Assembly (NCBI GenBank): GCA_951406725.2
Contig: OX597815.1
Location: 181,474,001 to 181,538,000, forward strand
Length of the DNA: 64,000 nucleotides
Source of the DNA: Octopus vulgaris
Lineage: Eukaryota
Direction of reading: 5' to 3'
Shown here piece after piece: positions 40,675-55,602 of this stretch (its first letter is position 1; every line of letters begins with the position of its first letter). Under the pieces are notes generated by a model. That model did not search any database. It saw only the letters and a list, made by a program, of their open reading frames with translations, and was not told the DNA's origin. The translations under genes were made by a program, and so were the position numbers.

Positions 40675-41000
40675 AAAAAAAAAGACTCCGCCGGTTACGA
40701 CGACGAGGGTCTTAGCTGATACGATCAACGGAACAGCTTGCTCGTGAAATTAACGTGCAAATGGCTGAGCATTCCACAGACACGTGTACCCTTAACGTAG
40801 TTCTCGGGGATAATCAGCGTGACACAGAGAGTGACAAGGCTGACCCTTTGAAATACAAGTACAACTCATTTTTGCCAGCTGAGTGGACTGGAGCAACGTG
40901 AAATAAAGTGTCTTGCTCAAGGACACAACGCGTCGCCGGGAATCGAACTCACAACCTTATGATCATGAGCCGAATGCCCTAACCACTAAGCCACGCGCCC
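40675..41000 (-). mobile_element. SINE family A (tRNA head, CORE-like TGTGTCCTTGAGCAAGACACTTTA)
   Basis: 15-bp TSD TCGTTTAATTGTTTA at 40660-40674 and 41001-41015. Confidence 0.92.
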
Positions 41001-41199
41001 TCGTTTAATTGTTTATAACGTTCTCATAACATTTTAAAATCAAAATTTACATTAGAATTTACATAATCAATTGTGTATATGTTTCATTAGATTGCATTTC
41101 ACGTTCGAAATAAAATTCTCTTGATAAATGTTCTCGTATATATTCAGGGTAAAATTTTCAAGATTATTGTCTTATCTTGTGGAATGTGAAATTCTTCTG

Positions 41200-41599
41200 C
41201 GTCGTTAAAAATATGTTTCATTTTGCTTTACTTTTGTTTCCATCCTTTAGAATTGGAATGTTTTGAAAAGTAAACATTTTGCATTATGTAGCTTGTTATT
41301 CTCTTTAAGTGAACATTTTCCTGGTTGAAATACACCGAAAAATGGCGACACAGCAGTCAAAAAATCGTAAAAAAATAGGGATTTTCATAGAAAAAAAAGC
41401 ACCTTTTTGATGTAAATAATTTTTGGTGCTAACTTGGTCCGATTTGAATTTGTTCTTCTACAGAATGAAGAGCAAGTTTTCTTCTATCATACTCTCAATT
41501 TTGGTCAACCTGCGCCGCAGGATCTCGGAGGAGATACTGTTAGTTGAAGGTTACCAAACCTTCCATACACAGACAACTTCAGCTTTATATAGAGAGAGA
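41200..41599 (-). mobile_element. Helitron-like 5' fragment
   Basis: Minus strand start ATCTCTCTCTATATAAAGCTGAAGTTGTCTGTG resembles the 5' end of the 38576-38880 element. Confidence 0.5.
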
Positions 41600-42424
41600 T
41601 TGTCACGAAATCTATTTTTTCCTTCCTTTATAAATGCATCGACACACACTCACAGAAACACGCATACACACATTTGCACACGCACACACACACATACATA
41701 TACTTGAGGAATCACCATTCAGGTATTGCAGTGCGTCTTTAGTGTATGCAGGGTGAAAGTATAGATGGAGAGTTCATTATAATTTTATGCATCAGTATGA
41801 AATTAATTAAATATCTAAATGCTCCACTTGTATTAGTGCTCACACAATTATAATTTTCCCAGTTATCAACTTCATCTTTAGAATTGAAACAATTAAAATT
41901 ATATATTTATATTGATTACACTTTGTTCCGATCAGTTTGATCTCTGACTGACATCAGTTCTTTATACTTGGGTAATGTACACTGTAACGGATTGGAATTC
42001 GAACCACGAACCTTATTTTTAATCTATTTGTAGTGTTGCTCTAATCTACTGGCGCATACCAAGTAGTGTCAGTGAAATTTTGGTTTCAAATTTTGGTACA
42101 AGGCCAGCAATTTTAGGGAATGGGTAAGTTCATTACAACGACCCCAGTGCATAACTGGTACTTATTATATCGACCCTCAAAGTCGATTTTGGCAGTATTT
42201 GAACTCAGAATGTAAAAACGGACGAACTGTCGCTAATCACTTTTCTCGGCGTGCTAACCATTCTCCATAGAGAGATGGTTAGCACGCCGAGAAAGAAATC
42301 AGAGGAACTAAAGAATGAGATGAAGAGGAAGAGAGAGAGAGAGAGAGAAGGGGTGCAAGCGAGGAAGGAAAGCAACAGGAATGAAGAATAAGACATGAGG
42401 GGAGAAAAGGATTATACATATATC

Positions 42425-42646
42425 TCTTTAACTCTTTTATTTGTTTCAGTCATTCGACTGTGGCCATGCTGGAGCATCGCCTTTAGTCGAGCAAATCGAC
42501 ACCAGGACTTATTCTTTGTAAGCCTACTACTTATTCTATTGGTCTCTTTTGCCGAACCTCTAAGTTACGGGGACCTAAACACACCAGCATCGGTTGTCAA
42601 GTGATGTTGGTGGGACAAACACAGACACAGAAACTTATGCACACAC

Positions 42647-42681
<35 letters not shown>

Positions 42682-42854
42682 CCACGGGCTTCTTTCAGTT
42701 TCCGTCTACCAAATCTACACACAAGGCTTTGGTAGAAAACACTTGCCCAAGGTACCACGCAGTGGGACTGAACCCAGAACCATGTTGTTGGTAAGCAAGC
42801 TACTTACCACACAGTCACTCCTACATATATATATTTAATGTATATATGTATGTG

Positions 42855-42933
<79 letters not shown>

Positions 42934-43075
42934 ATGACTGGATTCTTTCAGCTTCCGTCTACCAAATCCACTCACAAGGCTTTGGTCGGCCCGAGGCTAT
43001 AGTAGAAAACATTTGGCCAAGATGCCATGCTGTGGAACTGAACCCGAATCAATGTGGTTGGGAAGCGAGCTTCTT
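42425..43075 (-). mobile_element. SINE family C (full copy 42425-42822 plus head fragment 42930-43075)
   Basis: Sequence match to the other C copies. Confidence 0.85.
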
Positions 43076-43638
43076 ATATATAAGTACATATATATAGAAA
43101 TAACCTCTACGCTGTACATTCAATACAATGTTCCACTTACTCCACAAACCGAAACATTTGAATGTAGTGTATACAATGAGGGGGAGTCTATGGGAGTTTT
43201 ATATATGTGTATATATATAATTGCCTTCATTTTATGACTTCCTTTTAAAGCATGATTAAGCTACGATTGCTAGCAGTGAAAATATATCACATTTTTACAT
43301 AAAAAACTCCCAAAATCATTTTAATGTCAAGATTCATGTAATTGAAACGGAAAGAATTTTAAACACACCCATTTGGTCGGCCATTGTGGGAGCGAAAAGA
43401 ACTCTAACAAGATCAAAGTTGATTTCCCAAATGTCCTAAAGGTTTCGAAGAAAATATTAAATTTTAATTAGAGTTACTGTTATACTCTTGTGAAATTACA
43501 AAAGTTTGACAAAATTTATTCAAAAAACCAACATAAAGTAATTTCCAACATGAAAAATTTGATTATTTTAAGAAAGATATCAATGAAACAATAAGAAATA
43601 TTTTTCTGCTATTCTGAAAGAAACAAAACAAAAAAGAA

Positions 43639-43788
43639 GTGATGTTGATGATAATGACAATGCTGCTGCTGATGATGATGACGACGACGACGACGACTAT
43701 TACCATGACGATAATGATGATGATGAAGCTGATGATGATGATGATGACGATGATGACGACGACGACGACGAGGATGATGATGTTGATA

Positions 43789-43822
<34 letters not shown>

Positions 43823-43884
43823 CTACGACGATGATGATGATGACGATGATGACGACGACGACGACGGGGATGATGATGTTGATA

Positions 43885-43930
<46 letters not shown>

Positions 43931-44160
43931 CGACGATGATGACGATGACGATGATGATGATGACGATGAGGATGTGCATTGGGTGGGGATGAATAAACGT
44001 GATGATGGTGATTTTAAGAGGAAAATGACATTAACGATATGGTTGATAATTATGTGAAAGAGAAATTGAATGATGTTAGTGATAAGCTGATGATGATGGT
44101 GGTGGTGATGGTGGTGGTAGCAACGGATGATGATGATGATGGTAGTGGTGGTGATGAGGT
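43639..44160. repeat. Degenerate (GAT/GAC/GGT)n trinucleotide satellite
   Basis: Direct reading; an internal ~110-bp duplication is visible. Confidence 0.95.
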
Positions 44161-44979
44161 TCATGACAAAGGGAGAGGTGGAAAGAGGGGATGAAGGAGA
44201 TATTGACGATAATGATAAAAGTGCAGCGGAAGCATGAGACCGCGGGTGACGCCGGCAATTATTATGATGGTGGTGTGGTTAAAATTCTTATAAATGTAGT
44301 AAAACTTGAAGTTGATGATGATGATGTCGACGATAAAGTCGATAATAATTATGGTTATTATTATGACATGAAAACAATATATTTTTCAATAATATCCAAT
44401 CAATAAGGAATGGGAGCTGAATTTTTCACTTCTAGGAGAAAAAAATCTAATCTTTGAAAATGTTTCGAAAATTATAGTGAAGAACCCTTAATTTGTCAAC
44501 CTATTTCTTACTTGAATTAGTGTGATTTATCTGTTTTGGAAGAAAGAATAAATGTATGAATTAAATCCGAGAATGCTTTTCTTTGCCAATCATAAATAAT
44601 TGAACTGAATAACACAGCTGTATAACATTTTGACCAATACATATTTTACGGCTTAAGAAGACCAGTGGTTTCCAACCAGTGGCCATATGATCCTTCGGGA
44701 TCCGGGGCTAAGGCAGTTTCGCACATCTCCTTGAAAAAAATCAGTTTTTTGAAAAGAAATTTCGGATTCCTACATTTTAGATGTCGGAGATTACGAATGT
44801 GCAAAAAATTTTTTTTAATTTAGCCCCAATCTCTAAATGTGGTGGTCCTATAGAAGACGGTGTTACTATTGTTTTTAGCCCCAGAAAGACATTCATATCT
44901 ATTTATCTCTTTATACACATATCTATTTACTCTCGAACAGGGATATCATAAAGGGAAAATATCTAACGGTATTTAGTTT

Positions 44980-45729
44980 GGTCAATATAAAGATCCTCAC
45001 CCGAGAACAAAAAGAAAAAAAAAAAAAAATTATCCAGCCTGGTGGGGACTTTCGGAAAATTCACAAGATCCGATTTTTCCGTCATAAATTCGGGTTAAAT
45101 GGATATATATATATATATTGTTCCTTTTTTTATGGAATCCCACGTTTTTTATTCTGGAGGATCCGATTCTGAAAAAAATATTTTCAAAAATCGCATTTTC
45201 GAAATTTCATTGTTATCACAGTTTTGTGAGATCTGGTTGTTATTTCTAGCATGTGGATAGCCGGCTTGAAGGCCTGAGGGTATATATTATTTTTTCTTTT
45301 TCTTGGTGAAAAATTGAAATTTTACAAACAATTTTTTTTCAGAATCGTAATCTTCGTATTTTTCTACGTATTTCGCAAAAAAAAAAAAAAAAAATCCGGA
45401 AAAAGTGAAAAATGAAGGGTGGGGGGGTCTAATCGACTGGCCCCCTCCCACAAAAGTTTGAAAATGCGAATTCGAAAATTTTTTTTCAGAATCTGATCCT
45501 CCATATCCAAAAACGTGGGATTCCGTAAAAAAAAAACAAATATATATCCATTTTACCCGAAGTTATGACGGAAAAATCGGATCTTGTGAATTTTCAAAAA
45601 GTCCCCTTCCCACCCCCAGGGTCGTCAGCGCTCATCTTTTTTGTCATATTCGTTTTCCACACACTTGTTAACACACACCAGGCTGGTTAATTTTTCTTTT
45701 GTTCCCTGGTGAAGGTCTTTATATTGACC
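44980..45729. mobile_element. Foldback/MITE with ~200-bp inverted arms
   Basis: 44980-45045 is the reverse complement of 45676-45729, and 45045-45185 of 45475-45605. Related subrepeats at 44755-44820 and 45320-45390. Confidence 0.8.
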
Positions 45730-46717
45730 GTTAGTTTCAGCCTACTACGTTCTAGGCTTAAGTTCTACTCGATTTGGTAAAAGAAATATCTGTCATGTGC
45801 TGGGGTCGATAAAATCGCTATAGCAGTTTTCCCGTTCAAATTCATGGAACGTATCATTGTGTGAAATCGTTCTTTGATCATATGAAATAATTACTACTGA
45901 GGAAATTAATCAAGATATTAAGAAAACTTGCATCTCTTTGACAAGTTGTATTTTATTTATCTTTTAGTTTGCCCGAAGTGAAATGTAAGCCACGAAAGAA
46001 ATATTGAACGTATTGCATATTTAATGATTGTCTGCGTGATGATATTATCATCCAAATAGGGATTATACAATAAATAAACAGATGAATGCATAAATAAATA
46101 AACGCAAGCTAGAGAAATGGAAACACGAGGGAAAAAAAACTTGAAAAAAGTAAGCGAGGAAATTATTTCGATAGATAAAAACGATAGCGTGTAATAAACT
46201 CATTTATGCCTCTTTTTCACGCTGTCTCTTTATGAATTGCTTCAAAGAAACATCGTATGCTTTTTAAATAACATTTGTAGATCATTTCTCTTCTAATCGT
46301 TCTGAAATAACGTATTCAAACGGTTATCCTTAATGGCTTTCTGTAAATAGTTCTGTTCAGATATCTTAATTGAGAACAGAGATTAAGGCAAGAAGGGATT
46401 TGAAAATGACGCAACACTTCATTAACATTTGTCTAATTGAATATCAATTTTGGAAAATGAAGATATCGTATATAATACACAGATCTTAGCACAGCGTATT
46501 CAACTGTTCGTTCAAACGAGCAGTTTGATAGAGAAGAAACTTAGGGACAAAACTTAAATACACCTTTTAAAATTGGATTAATTGAAAGTAATCGCAGACA
46601 ACAGAAAACTATCAAGGAACATAGTAAAAAGAGCAGGAGAAAGAATCTCATCCTTTACCATTCAACCTTTCTTCATCGATGTATATTACAGATATTCAAA
46701 AGCTGCATAAACATACA

Positions 46718-46767
<50 letters not shown>

Positions 46768-47388
46768 TAGAGATAAAACCACTATTATTATAGTAATATT
46801 TTATATATTTATATTGTGAAAATTGATTTAATACTAAATTGAATTTTTCCCTTTAAGTTTGGAGTTATACTCCCTAATAATATTATTATTATTAGTAGTA
46901 GTAGTAGTAGTATATATATATATATATGGTAGATAAAGGATAGAAAATGGACTGACTGATTTTTTAAAATTAAAAATCCCCACAATTCTTTCGAGACATT
47001 TTGACTCCTGTAGTACATTGCTGAGATGTTGTGTAATCATTATCAATCATTCAACGTGCAAATTGTGCCTCCACGTGATTGTTTACATAAGTTCTTTGTT
47101 AGATCCTACAGTCATTTCACTCAATGTGAGCATGCATACACGCGCGGGCGCACGTACACAGACACACATGAATATGTATTCTCATGCATAAAGTTACATG
47201 CATAAAGGACATGCTCATACATATTCAAATAATAAACTTCTGGAAAGTTTTACAGATTTTTACAGTTCCAGTGATAGCTTGGATGTAGTCTTCGAATTAG
47301 TTTTGTCCTCTCTGGTCTTGCAGGTTAATTTCATAAGCAGGCTGTTCCGTTGGATCAACTGAAAAGCACGTCAACGTAACTGATGGAG

Positions 47389-47440
<52 letters not shown>

Positions 47441-47444
<4 letters not shown>

Positions 47445-47641
47445 TCATCATCATCATCATCGTTTAACGCCCGCTTTCCATGCTGGTATGGGTTGGACGG
47501 TTTGAATGAGGACTAGCAATCTAGGAGGCTGGTGCAGCCTCATGACAAAATTTCTACAGCTGGATGTTTTCCTAATACCAACCACACCGAGAGTGTAGTG
47601 GTGTTTTTTACGTGCCACCAGCCAGGCGGTAGTGGCATCGG

Positions 47642-47643
<2 letters not shown>
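47441..47643 (-). mobile_element. SINE family D fragment
   Basis: Matches 29720-29933. Confidence 0.75.
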
Positions 47644-47683
<40 letters not shown>

Positions 47684-47894
47684 ACAGCCAGCGGGCGAAA
47701 ACGAGAGGGGAAGAGGGGATTGTACGTAAATTACCTTTGCAATTTGAAAAATAATTATAACTCAGCAGAGTCTGGACAAAGTTTTATAGGAAAACACAGA
47801 ACACATCCACCCGATTTTCATTGGCTGCCCGTAGCACATCCAGACGATACAATACAATATATTGTGGAAGATGTAACGATAATTTACGAGCTGA

Positions 47895-48083
<189 letters not shown>

Positions 48084-48431
48084 CACACGTGTACCCATGC
48101 ATATCTACACATACACACATATATATATATATATATACACATACAAATACAGACCCATTCCCTAATTTTAATTTTATTATCTTCGTTTATTACTTTTGTT
48201 ATCTTTGGCCGCTTGGTCACAAACATCTTGGCTATGACAGCCAGTCCATTTATCTGTTTATGTATATGTAGGTACGTAGAGTTATCTATGTGTGTATTTA
48301 TATGTACATGTGTAAGTATGTATATATATGTATATATATATATATGTAGGTCCCGGGTTGATTCGGGGTTAACCACAGTAAATAAGGTACTCAATACATA
48401 GCAGAGTAAAATTAATTTATTATATAGAAGG

Positions 48432-48482
48432 AGCTTCTACAGGACTAGAACTGTTTCATTCAAGAGAAATCTTCAGGAAGCT
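48432..48482 (-). ncRNA. Type I hammerhead ribozyme motif (family H1, GUA site)
   Basis: AGCUUC-CUGAAGA-uUUCucuuGAAu-GAAA-CAG-uucuaguc-CUG-UA-GAAGCU: stem I 6 bp, stem III 4 bp, full core. Confidence 0.8.
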
Positions 48483-48645
48483 AGTTAACAAGAATTGTAT
48501 TGGCATTTATACATTTAGGCAGGTTTAAAGGGGTGTTGGTGGGGGACTTTTTGGAGGTAGGCATAGCGCAAAATATCATACTTGGTGGAGTGGTCAAGGA
48601 GTCAGTGTTAAATTAGATAGAAGAATAAATAAAAAATAAAAAATA

Positions 48646-48688
<43 letters not shown>

Positions 48689-49145
48689 AGGGGGATAGAG
48701 TTTTAGGTAAATAAGGAGATTCTCACTTATACCTATGCACATATGTATACATATATACACACGCATACAAACATATACATATACATACACACATACATAC
48801 ACACACATATATATATATACATATATATACACTTACACATACATATACATATCTACACATACACATATATGTATACATACACACACTCACATGCATACAC
48901 GTATACACACATGTATATATACACACACACGACAACACATACATATACACACAGAAAAATATATATACACATACACACACATACTCACATACACGCATAC
49001 ACACACAAATCCACACACACACATGCACACCCAGCACACTAGTCCCTATATACACATATATACACATACACACATATATATATATATATATATACATACA
49101 CACACATACATATACATACACACACATATATATATAGATATATAG

Positions 49146-49176
<31 letters not shown>

Positions 49177-49602
49177 CATACACACGTGTACCCATGCATA
49201 TCTACACATACACACACATATATATATATATATACACATACAAATACAGACCCATTCCCTAATTTTAATTTTATTATCTTCGTTTATTACTTTTGTTATC
49301 TTTGGCCGCTTGGTCACAAACATCTTGGCTATGACAGCCAGTCCATTTATCTGTCTACTGGAAAACAAGCACTCATTCACTCACGCACACTCTTTAGCAC
49401 GTACACTCACTCATTCGTACACTCATACACATACACGCACGCACGCGTTATATTCATACATACATACATCTACATACATTCACGTATATACACATACGTA
49501 CGCGTACCTACAGATTCATGTCTACACTCTTAGAAGGCTAGTCTATACATATACACCAATAAATATAAATACACACACATACACGTACACCTACATACAA
49601 AT

Positions 49603-49653
<51 letters not shown>

Positions 49654-49886
49654 CATATTCACACATATATACACATATATACATACACACACACATACAT
49701 ACACATATATACACATATACACACATATACACATATATACACACATACACATACATACATGTACACACATACACATACATACGTATACATACATACATAC
49801 ATCCATACATCCATACATACATACATTTATACACATACACACACCCACATACATACATATATATACGCGCATATATATATCCATAT

Positions 49887-49919
<33 letters not shown>

Positions 49920-50328
49920 CATATATACATATATATTCATACACACACATACACATACATACATACATATACAAATATACGCACACACATACATACATAC
50001 TCATATACTCATACACACACATACACATGTACATGCGTCCCCTTACACGCACACACACACGCGCGCGTCCATATATACACATAAGTACACCCATGCGTAA
50101 GAGTATACATATATCTATGCTTACACATACACACACACACACACGCGCCTCCTTATATTCATACTTACATGCATACTCAAAAAATAAGTAAATAGTAAAA
50201 TATATATACGCGCAGTTATTCATACATGCATACTCAAAAAATAAATAATAAATAAAAAATATTAAGTATATGTACGTGCAGTTACCTATTATATAGACGG
50301 ATACATACATATAAACTTACACACATAG

Positions 50329-50368
<40 letters not shown>

Positions 50369-50434
50369 ATATATATATATACATATATATACATACATAC
50401 ATACACATATATATACACATACACACATACATAC

Positions 50435-50465
<31 letters not shown>

Positions 50466-50466
50466 T

Positions 50467-50513
<47 letters not shown>

Positions 50514-50522
50514 TATAGAAGG

Positions 50523-50631
50523 AGCCTCCACAGGACTAGAACTGTTTCATTCAAGAGAAATCTTCAGGAAATCTTCAGTGAGCTTCCTGAAGATTTCTCT
50601 TGAATGAAACAGTTCCAGTCCTGCAGAAGCT
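50523..50631. ncRNA. Divergent pair of H1 hammerhead variants (50523-50570 minus, GUG site; 50581-50631 plus, GCA site)
   Basis: Same motif with altered cleavage triplets; probably inactive. Confidence 0.7.
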
Positions 50632-51141
50632 CCTTCTATACAATAAATTAATTTTACTCTGCTATGTATTGAGTACCTTATTTACTGTGGTTAACCCCGA
50701 ATCAACCCGGGACCTACATATATATATATATAATATATATACATACTACACATGTACATATAAATACACACATAGATAACTCTACGTACCTACATATACA
50801 TAAACACACGAGCGTACGCGTATATGTACATATACACATACACATACACACGCATATATATACATACATACATACACATACACACATGTGTATACACATA
50901 CACACACATACACATATACATACATACACATATATATATACACACATATATATATATATATATACATACATATATACATACATATATATATATACACATA
51001 CACATACACACACATATATACATGTGTGCAAACATACATACATTCTCATACAAGCACACACACTTACATTTACATATATACACACACTTACACACATATA
51101 TACATACACATGTACATACATACATACGTATATTAATACAT

Positions 51142-51208
<67 letters not shown>

Positions 51209-51298
51209 CATACATACACAAACACATACCCATACATATATATACACACATATATATATACACATGCACATACTTATATCTCTACATACTCGCATATA

Positions 51299-51360
<62 letters not shown>

Positions 51361-51707
51361 TATACACACACACATACATACACCCATATACATGCATATA
51401 TACACATACATATATATACACATCTACAATTTGTATCTACACTCACATACCTGCACATACACATAACTCTACATACCTACAAATACATCGACATGCTCGC
51501 GTACACTCATATATATACACATATATACATATACACACACACATACATATACATATACATATACATATATATAAACATATACACACATAATACACATATA
51601 CACACACACATACATATATGTATATATATATATACATATATACATACATACACACACATATATATATACACACACACACACACACATACATACACACACA
51701 CACACAT

Positions 51708-51795
<88 letters not shown>

Positions 51796-52119
51796 GTGTG
51801 TGTATGTATGTATATATGTATATATATATATATACATATATGTATGTGTGTGTGTATATGTGTATTATGTGTGTATATGTTTATATATATGTATATGTAT
51901 ATGTATATGTATGTGTGTGTGTATATGTATATATGTGTATATATATGAGTGTACGCGAGCATGTCGATGTATTTGTAGGTATGTAGAGTTATGTGTATGT
52001 GCAGGTATGTGAGTGTAGATACAAATTGTAGATGTGTATATATATGTATGTGTATATATGCATGTATATGGGTGTATGTATGTGTGTGTATATGTATGTA
52101 TATATATATGTATACATAT

Positions 52120-52153
<34 letters not shown>

Positions 52154-52252
52154 GTATATGCGAGTATATGTAGAGATATAAGTATGTGCATGTGTATATA
52201 TATATGTGTGTATATATATGTATGGGTATGTGTTTGTGTATGTATGTATGTG

Positions 52253-52307
<55 letters not shown>

Positions 52308-52825
52308 ATGTATGCATATACGTATGTATGTATGTACATGTGTATGTATATATATGTGTGTAAGTGTGTGTATATATGTAAATGTAAGTGTGTGTGCTTG
52401 TATGAGAATGTATGTATGTTTGCACACATGTATATATGTGTGTGTATGTGTATGTGTATATATATATATGTATGTATATATGTATGTATATATATATATA
52501 TATATATATGTGTGTATATATATATGTGTATGTATGTATATGTGTATGTGTGTGTATGTGTATACACATGTGTGTATGTGTATGTATGTATGTATATATA
52601 TGCGTGTGTATGTGTATGTGTATATGTACATATACGCGTACGCTCGTGTGTTTATGTATATGTAGGTACGTAGAGTTATCTATGTGTGTATTTATATGTA
52701 CATGTGTAAGTATGTATATATATGTATATATATATATATGTAGGTCCCGGGTTGATTCGGGGTTAACCACAGTAAATAAGGTACTCAATACATAGCAGAG
52801 TAAAATTAATTTATTGTATAGAAGG

Positions 52826-52934
52826 AGCTTCTGCAGGACTGGAACTGTTTCATTCAAGAGAAATCTTCAGGAAGCTCACTGAAGATTTCCTGAAGATTTC
52901 TCTTGAATGAAACAGTTCTAGTCCTGTGGAGGCT
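52826..52934. ncRNA. Mirror pair of H1 hammerhead variants (52826-52876 minus; 52887-52934 plus)
   Basis: Reverse complement of 50523-50631. Confidence 0.7.
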
Positions 52935-52950
52935 CCTTCTATATAATAAA

Positions 52951-53067
<117 letters not shown>

Positions 53068-53125
53068 GTGTATGTGTATATATATGTGTATGTATGTATG
53101 TATATATATGTATATATATATATAT

Positions 53126-53167
<42 letters not shown>

Positions 53168-53574
53168 CTATGTGTGTAAGTTTATATGTATGTATCCGTC
53201 TATATAATAGGTAACTGCACGTACATATACTTAATATTTTTTATTTATTATTTATTTTTTGAGTATGCATGTATGAATAACTGCGCGTATATATATTTTA
53301 CTATTTACTTATTTTTTGAGTATGCATGTAAGTATGAATATAAGGAGGCGCGTGTGTGTGTGTGTATGTGTAAGCATAGATATATGTATACTCTTACGCA
53401 TGGGTGTACTTATGTGTATATATGGACGCGCGCGTGTGTGTGTGCGTGTAAGGGGACGCATGTACATGTGTATGTGTGTGCATGAGTATATGAGTATGTA
53501 TGTATGTGTGTGCGTATATTTGTATATGTATGTATGTATGTGTATGTGTGTGTATGAATATATATGTATATATG

Positions 53575-53613
<39 letters not shown>

Positions 53614-53842
53614 GGATATATATATGCGCGTATATATATGTATGTATGTGGGTGTGTGTATGTGTATAAATGTATGTATGTATGGATGTATGGATGTATG
53701 TATGTATGTATACGTATGTATGTGTATGTGTGTACATGTATGTATGTGTATGTGTGTATATATGTGTATATGTGTGTATATGTGTATATATGTGTATGTA
53801 TGTGTGTGTGTATGTATATATGTGTATATATGTGTGAATATG

Positions 53843-53897
<55 letters not shown>

Positions 53898-54322
53898 ATT
53901 TGTATGTAGGTGTACGTGTATGTGTGTGTATTTATATTTATTGGTGTATATGTATAGACTAGCCTTCTAAGAGTGTAGACATGAATCTGTAGGTACGCGT
54001 ACGTATGTGTATATACGTGAATGTATGTAGATGTATGTATGTATGAATATAACGCGTGCGTGCGTGTATGTGTATGAGTGTACGAATGAGTGAGTGTACG
54101 TGCTAAAGAGTGTGCGTGAGTGAATGAGTGCTTGTTTTCCAGTAGACAGATAAATGGACTGGCTGTCATAGCCAAGATGTTTGTGACCAAGCGGCCAAAG
54201 ATAACAAAAGTAATAAACGAAGATAATAAAATTAAAATTAGGGAATGGGTCTGTATTTGTATGTGTATATATATATATATATTGTGTGTATGTGTAGATA
54301 TGCATGGGTACACGTGTGTATG

Positions 54323-54356
<34 letters not shown>

Positions 54357-54807
54357 TATCTATATATATATGTGTGTGTATGTATATGTATGTGTGTGTA
54401 TGTATATATATATATATATATATGTGTGTATGTGTATATATGTGTATATAGGGACTAGTGTGCTGGGTGTGCATGTGTGTGTGTGGATTTGTGTGTGTAT
54501 GCGTGTATGTGAGTATGTGTGTGTATGTGTATATATATTTTTCTGTGTGTATATGTATGTGTTGTCGTGTGTGTGTATATATACATGTGTGTATACGTGT
54601 ATGCATGTGAGTGTGTGTATGTATACATATATGTGTATGTGTAGATATGTATATGTATGTGTAAGTGTATATATATGTATATATATATATGTGTGTGTAT
54701 GTATGTGTGTATGTATATGTATATGTTTGTATGCGTGTGTATATATGTATACATATGTGCATAGGTATAAGTGAGAATCTCCTTATTTACCTAAAACTCT
54801 ATCCCCC

Positions 54808-54848
<41 letters not shown>

Positions 54849-55008
54849 TTTTTATTTTTTATTTATTCTTCTATCTAATTTAACACTGACTCCTTGACCA
54901 CTCCACCAAGTATGATATTTTGCGCTATGACTACCCCCAAAAAGTCCCCCACCAACACCCCTTTAAACCTGCCTAAATGTATAAATGCCAATACAATTCT
55001 TGTTAACT

Positions 55009-55059
55009 AGCTTCCTGAAGATTTCTCTTGAATGAAACAGTTCTAGTCCTGTAGAAGCT
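55009..55059 (+). ncRNA. Type I hammerhead ribozyme motif (family H1, GUA site)
   Basis: AGCTTC CTGAAGA TTTCTCTTGAAT GAAA CAGTTCTAGTCCTG TA GAAGCT; predicted cleavage after 55053. Confidence 0.8.
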
Positions 55060-55512
55060 CCTTCTATATAATAAATATATATATATATATATATATATAG
55101 GGTAAATGTTTTTCAATTTTCTCCTGGTTTACGGAATTAATGTTATTTTGCGGTTAAAGCTTTTGGCTGTTATTTCTAGTGGGTGAATGGCTTATTATGG
55201 CCGTTCCTTGATTGTGATGTTAAACTTAAAAATGGTTATGACTATTTAATTTTTTCCCACTAGGCCGCTGGTGGCAAAAGAATTCTACAAAATTTTTTTT
55301 GCCACCCTATATTGATTAATATATATATATATATATAAGTTCAGTAAAAATTAGATTCAGTTGAATATGGTACTTAAGTTAAAGGCACCAGAATTTGGTA
55401 TGGTATTATCCATATAATTCAAAATGGGGTGATTATAATCAAAATAAGCAACAAGGGAAATGGAATAACTATAAAAATGAATCGTTTCAATTTAACTAAA
55501 TTCTATATTTAT

Positions 55513-55602
55513 ATGCAGCTGAAGATTGCTCTACATTTTAAAACTGATGTAATACTTGCATTTTTTAATTAAATGGAGTCGCATGAAACGATCGTACTGC
55601 AT
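55513..55602 (+). ncRNA. Type I hammerhead ribozyme motif (family H2) in a Penelope-type pLTR
   Basis: ATGCAG-CTGAAGA-(59-nt stem II region)-GAAA-CGATCG-TA-CTGCAT. Palindromic stem III ACGATCGT. 55615-55637 is the reverse complement of 55434-55456. Confidence 0.75.

Noticed and set aside
43563-44164. Poly-M/I/S/H ORFs
   Set aside because: Translations of a (GAT)n satellite; no splice or domain context.
46940-47040. Possible half hammerhead on the minus strand (GTCTCGAAAGAATTG)
   Set aside because: No CUGANGA or stem I partner found.
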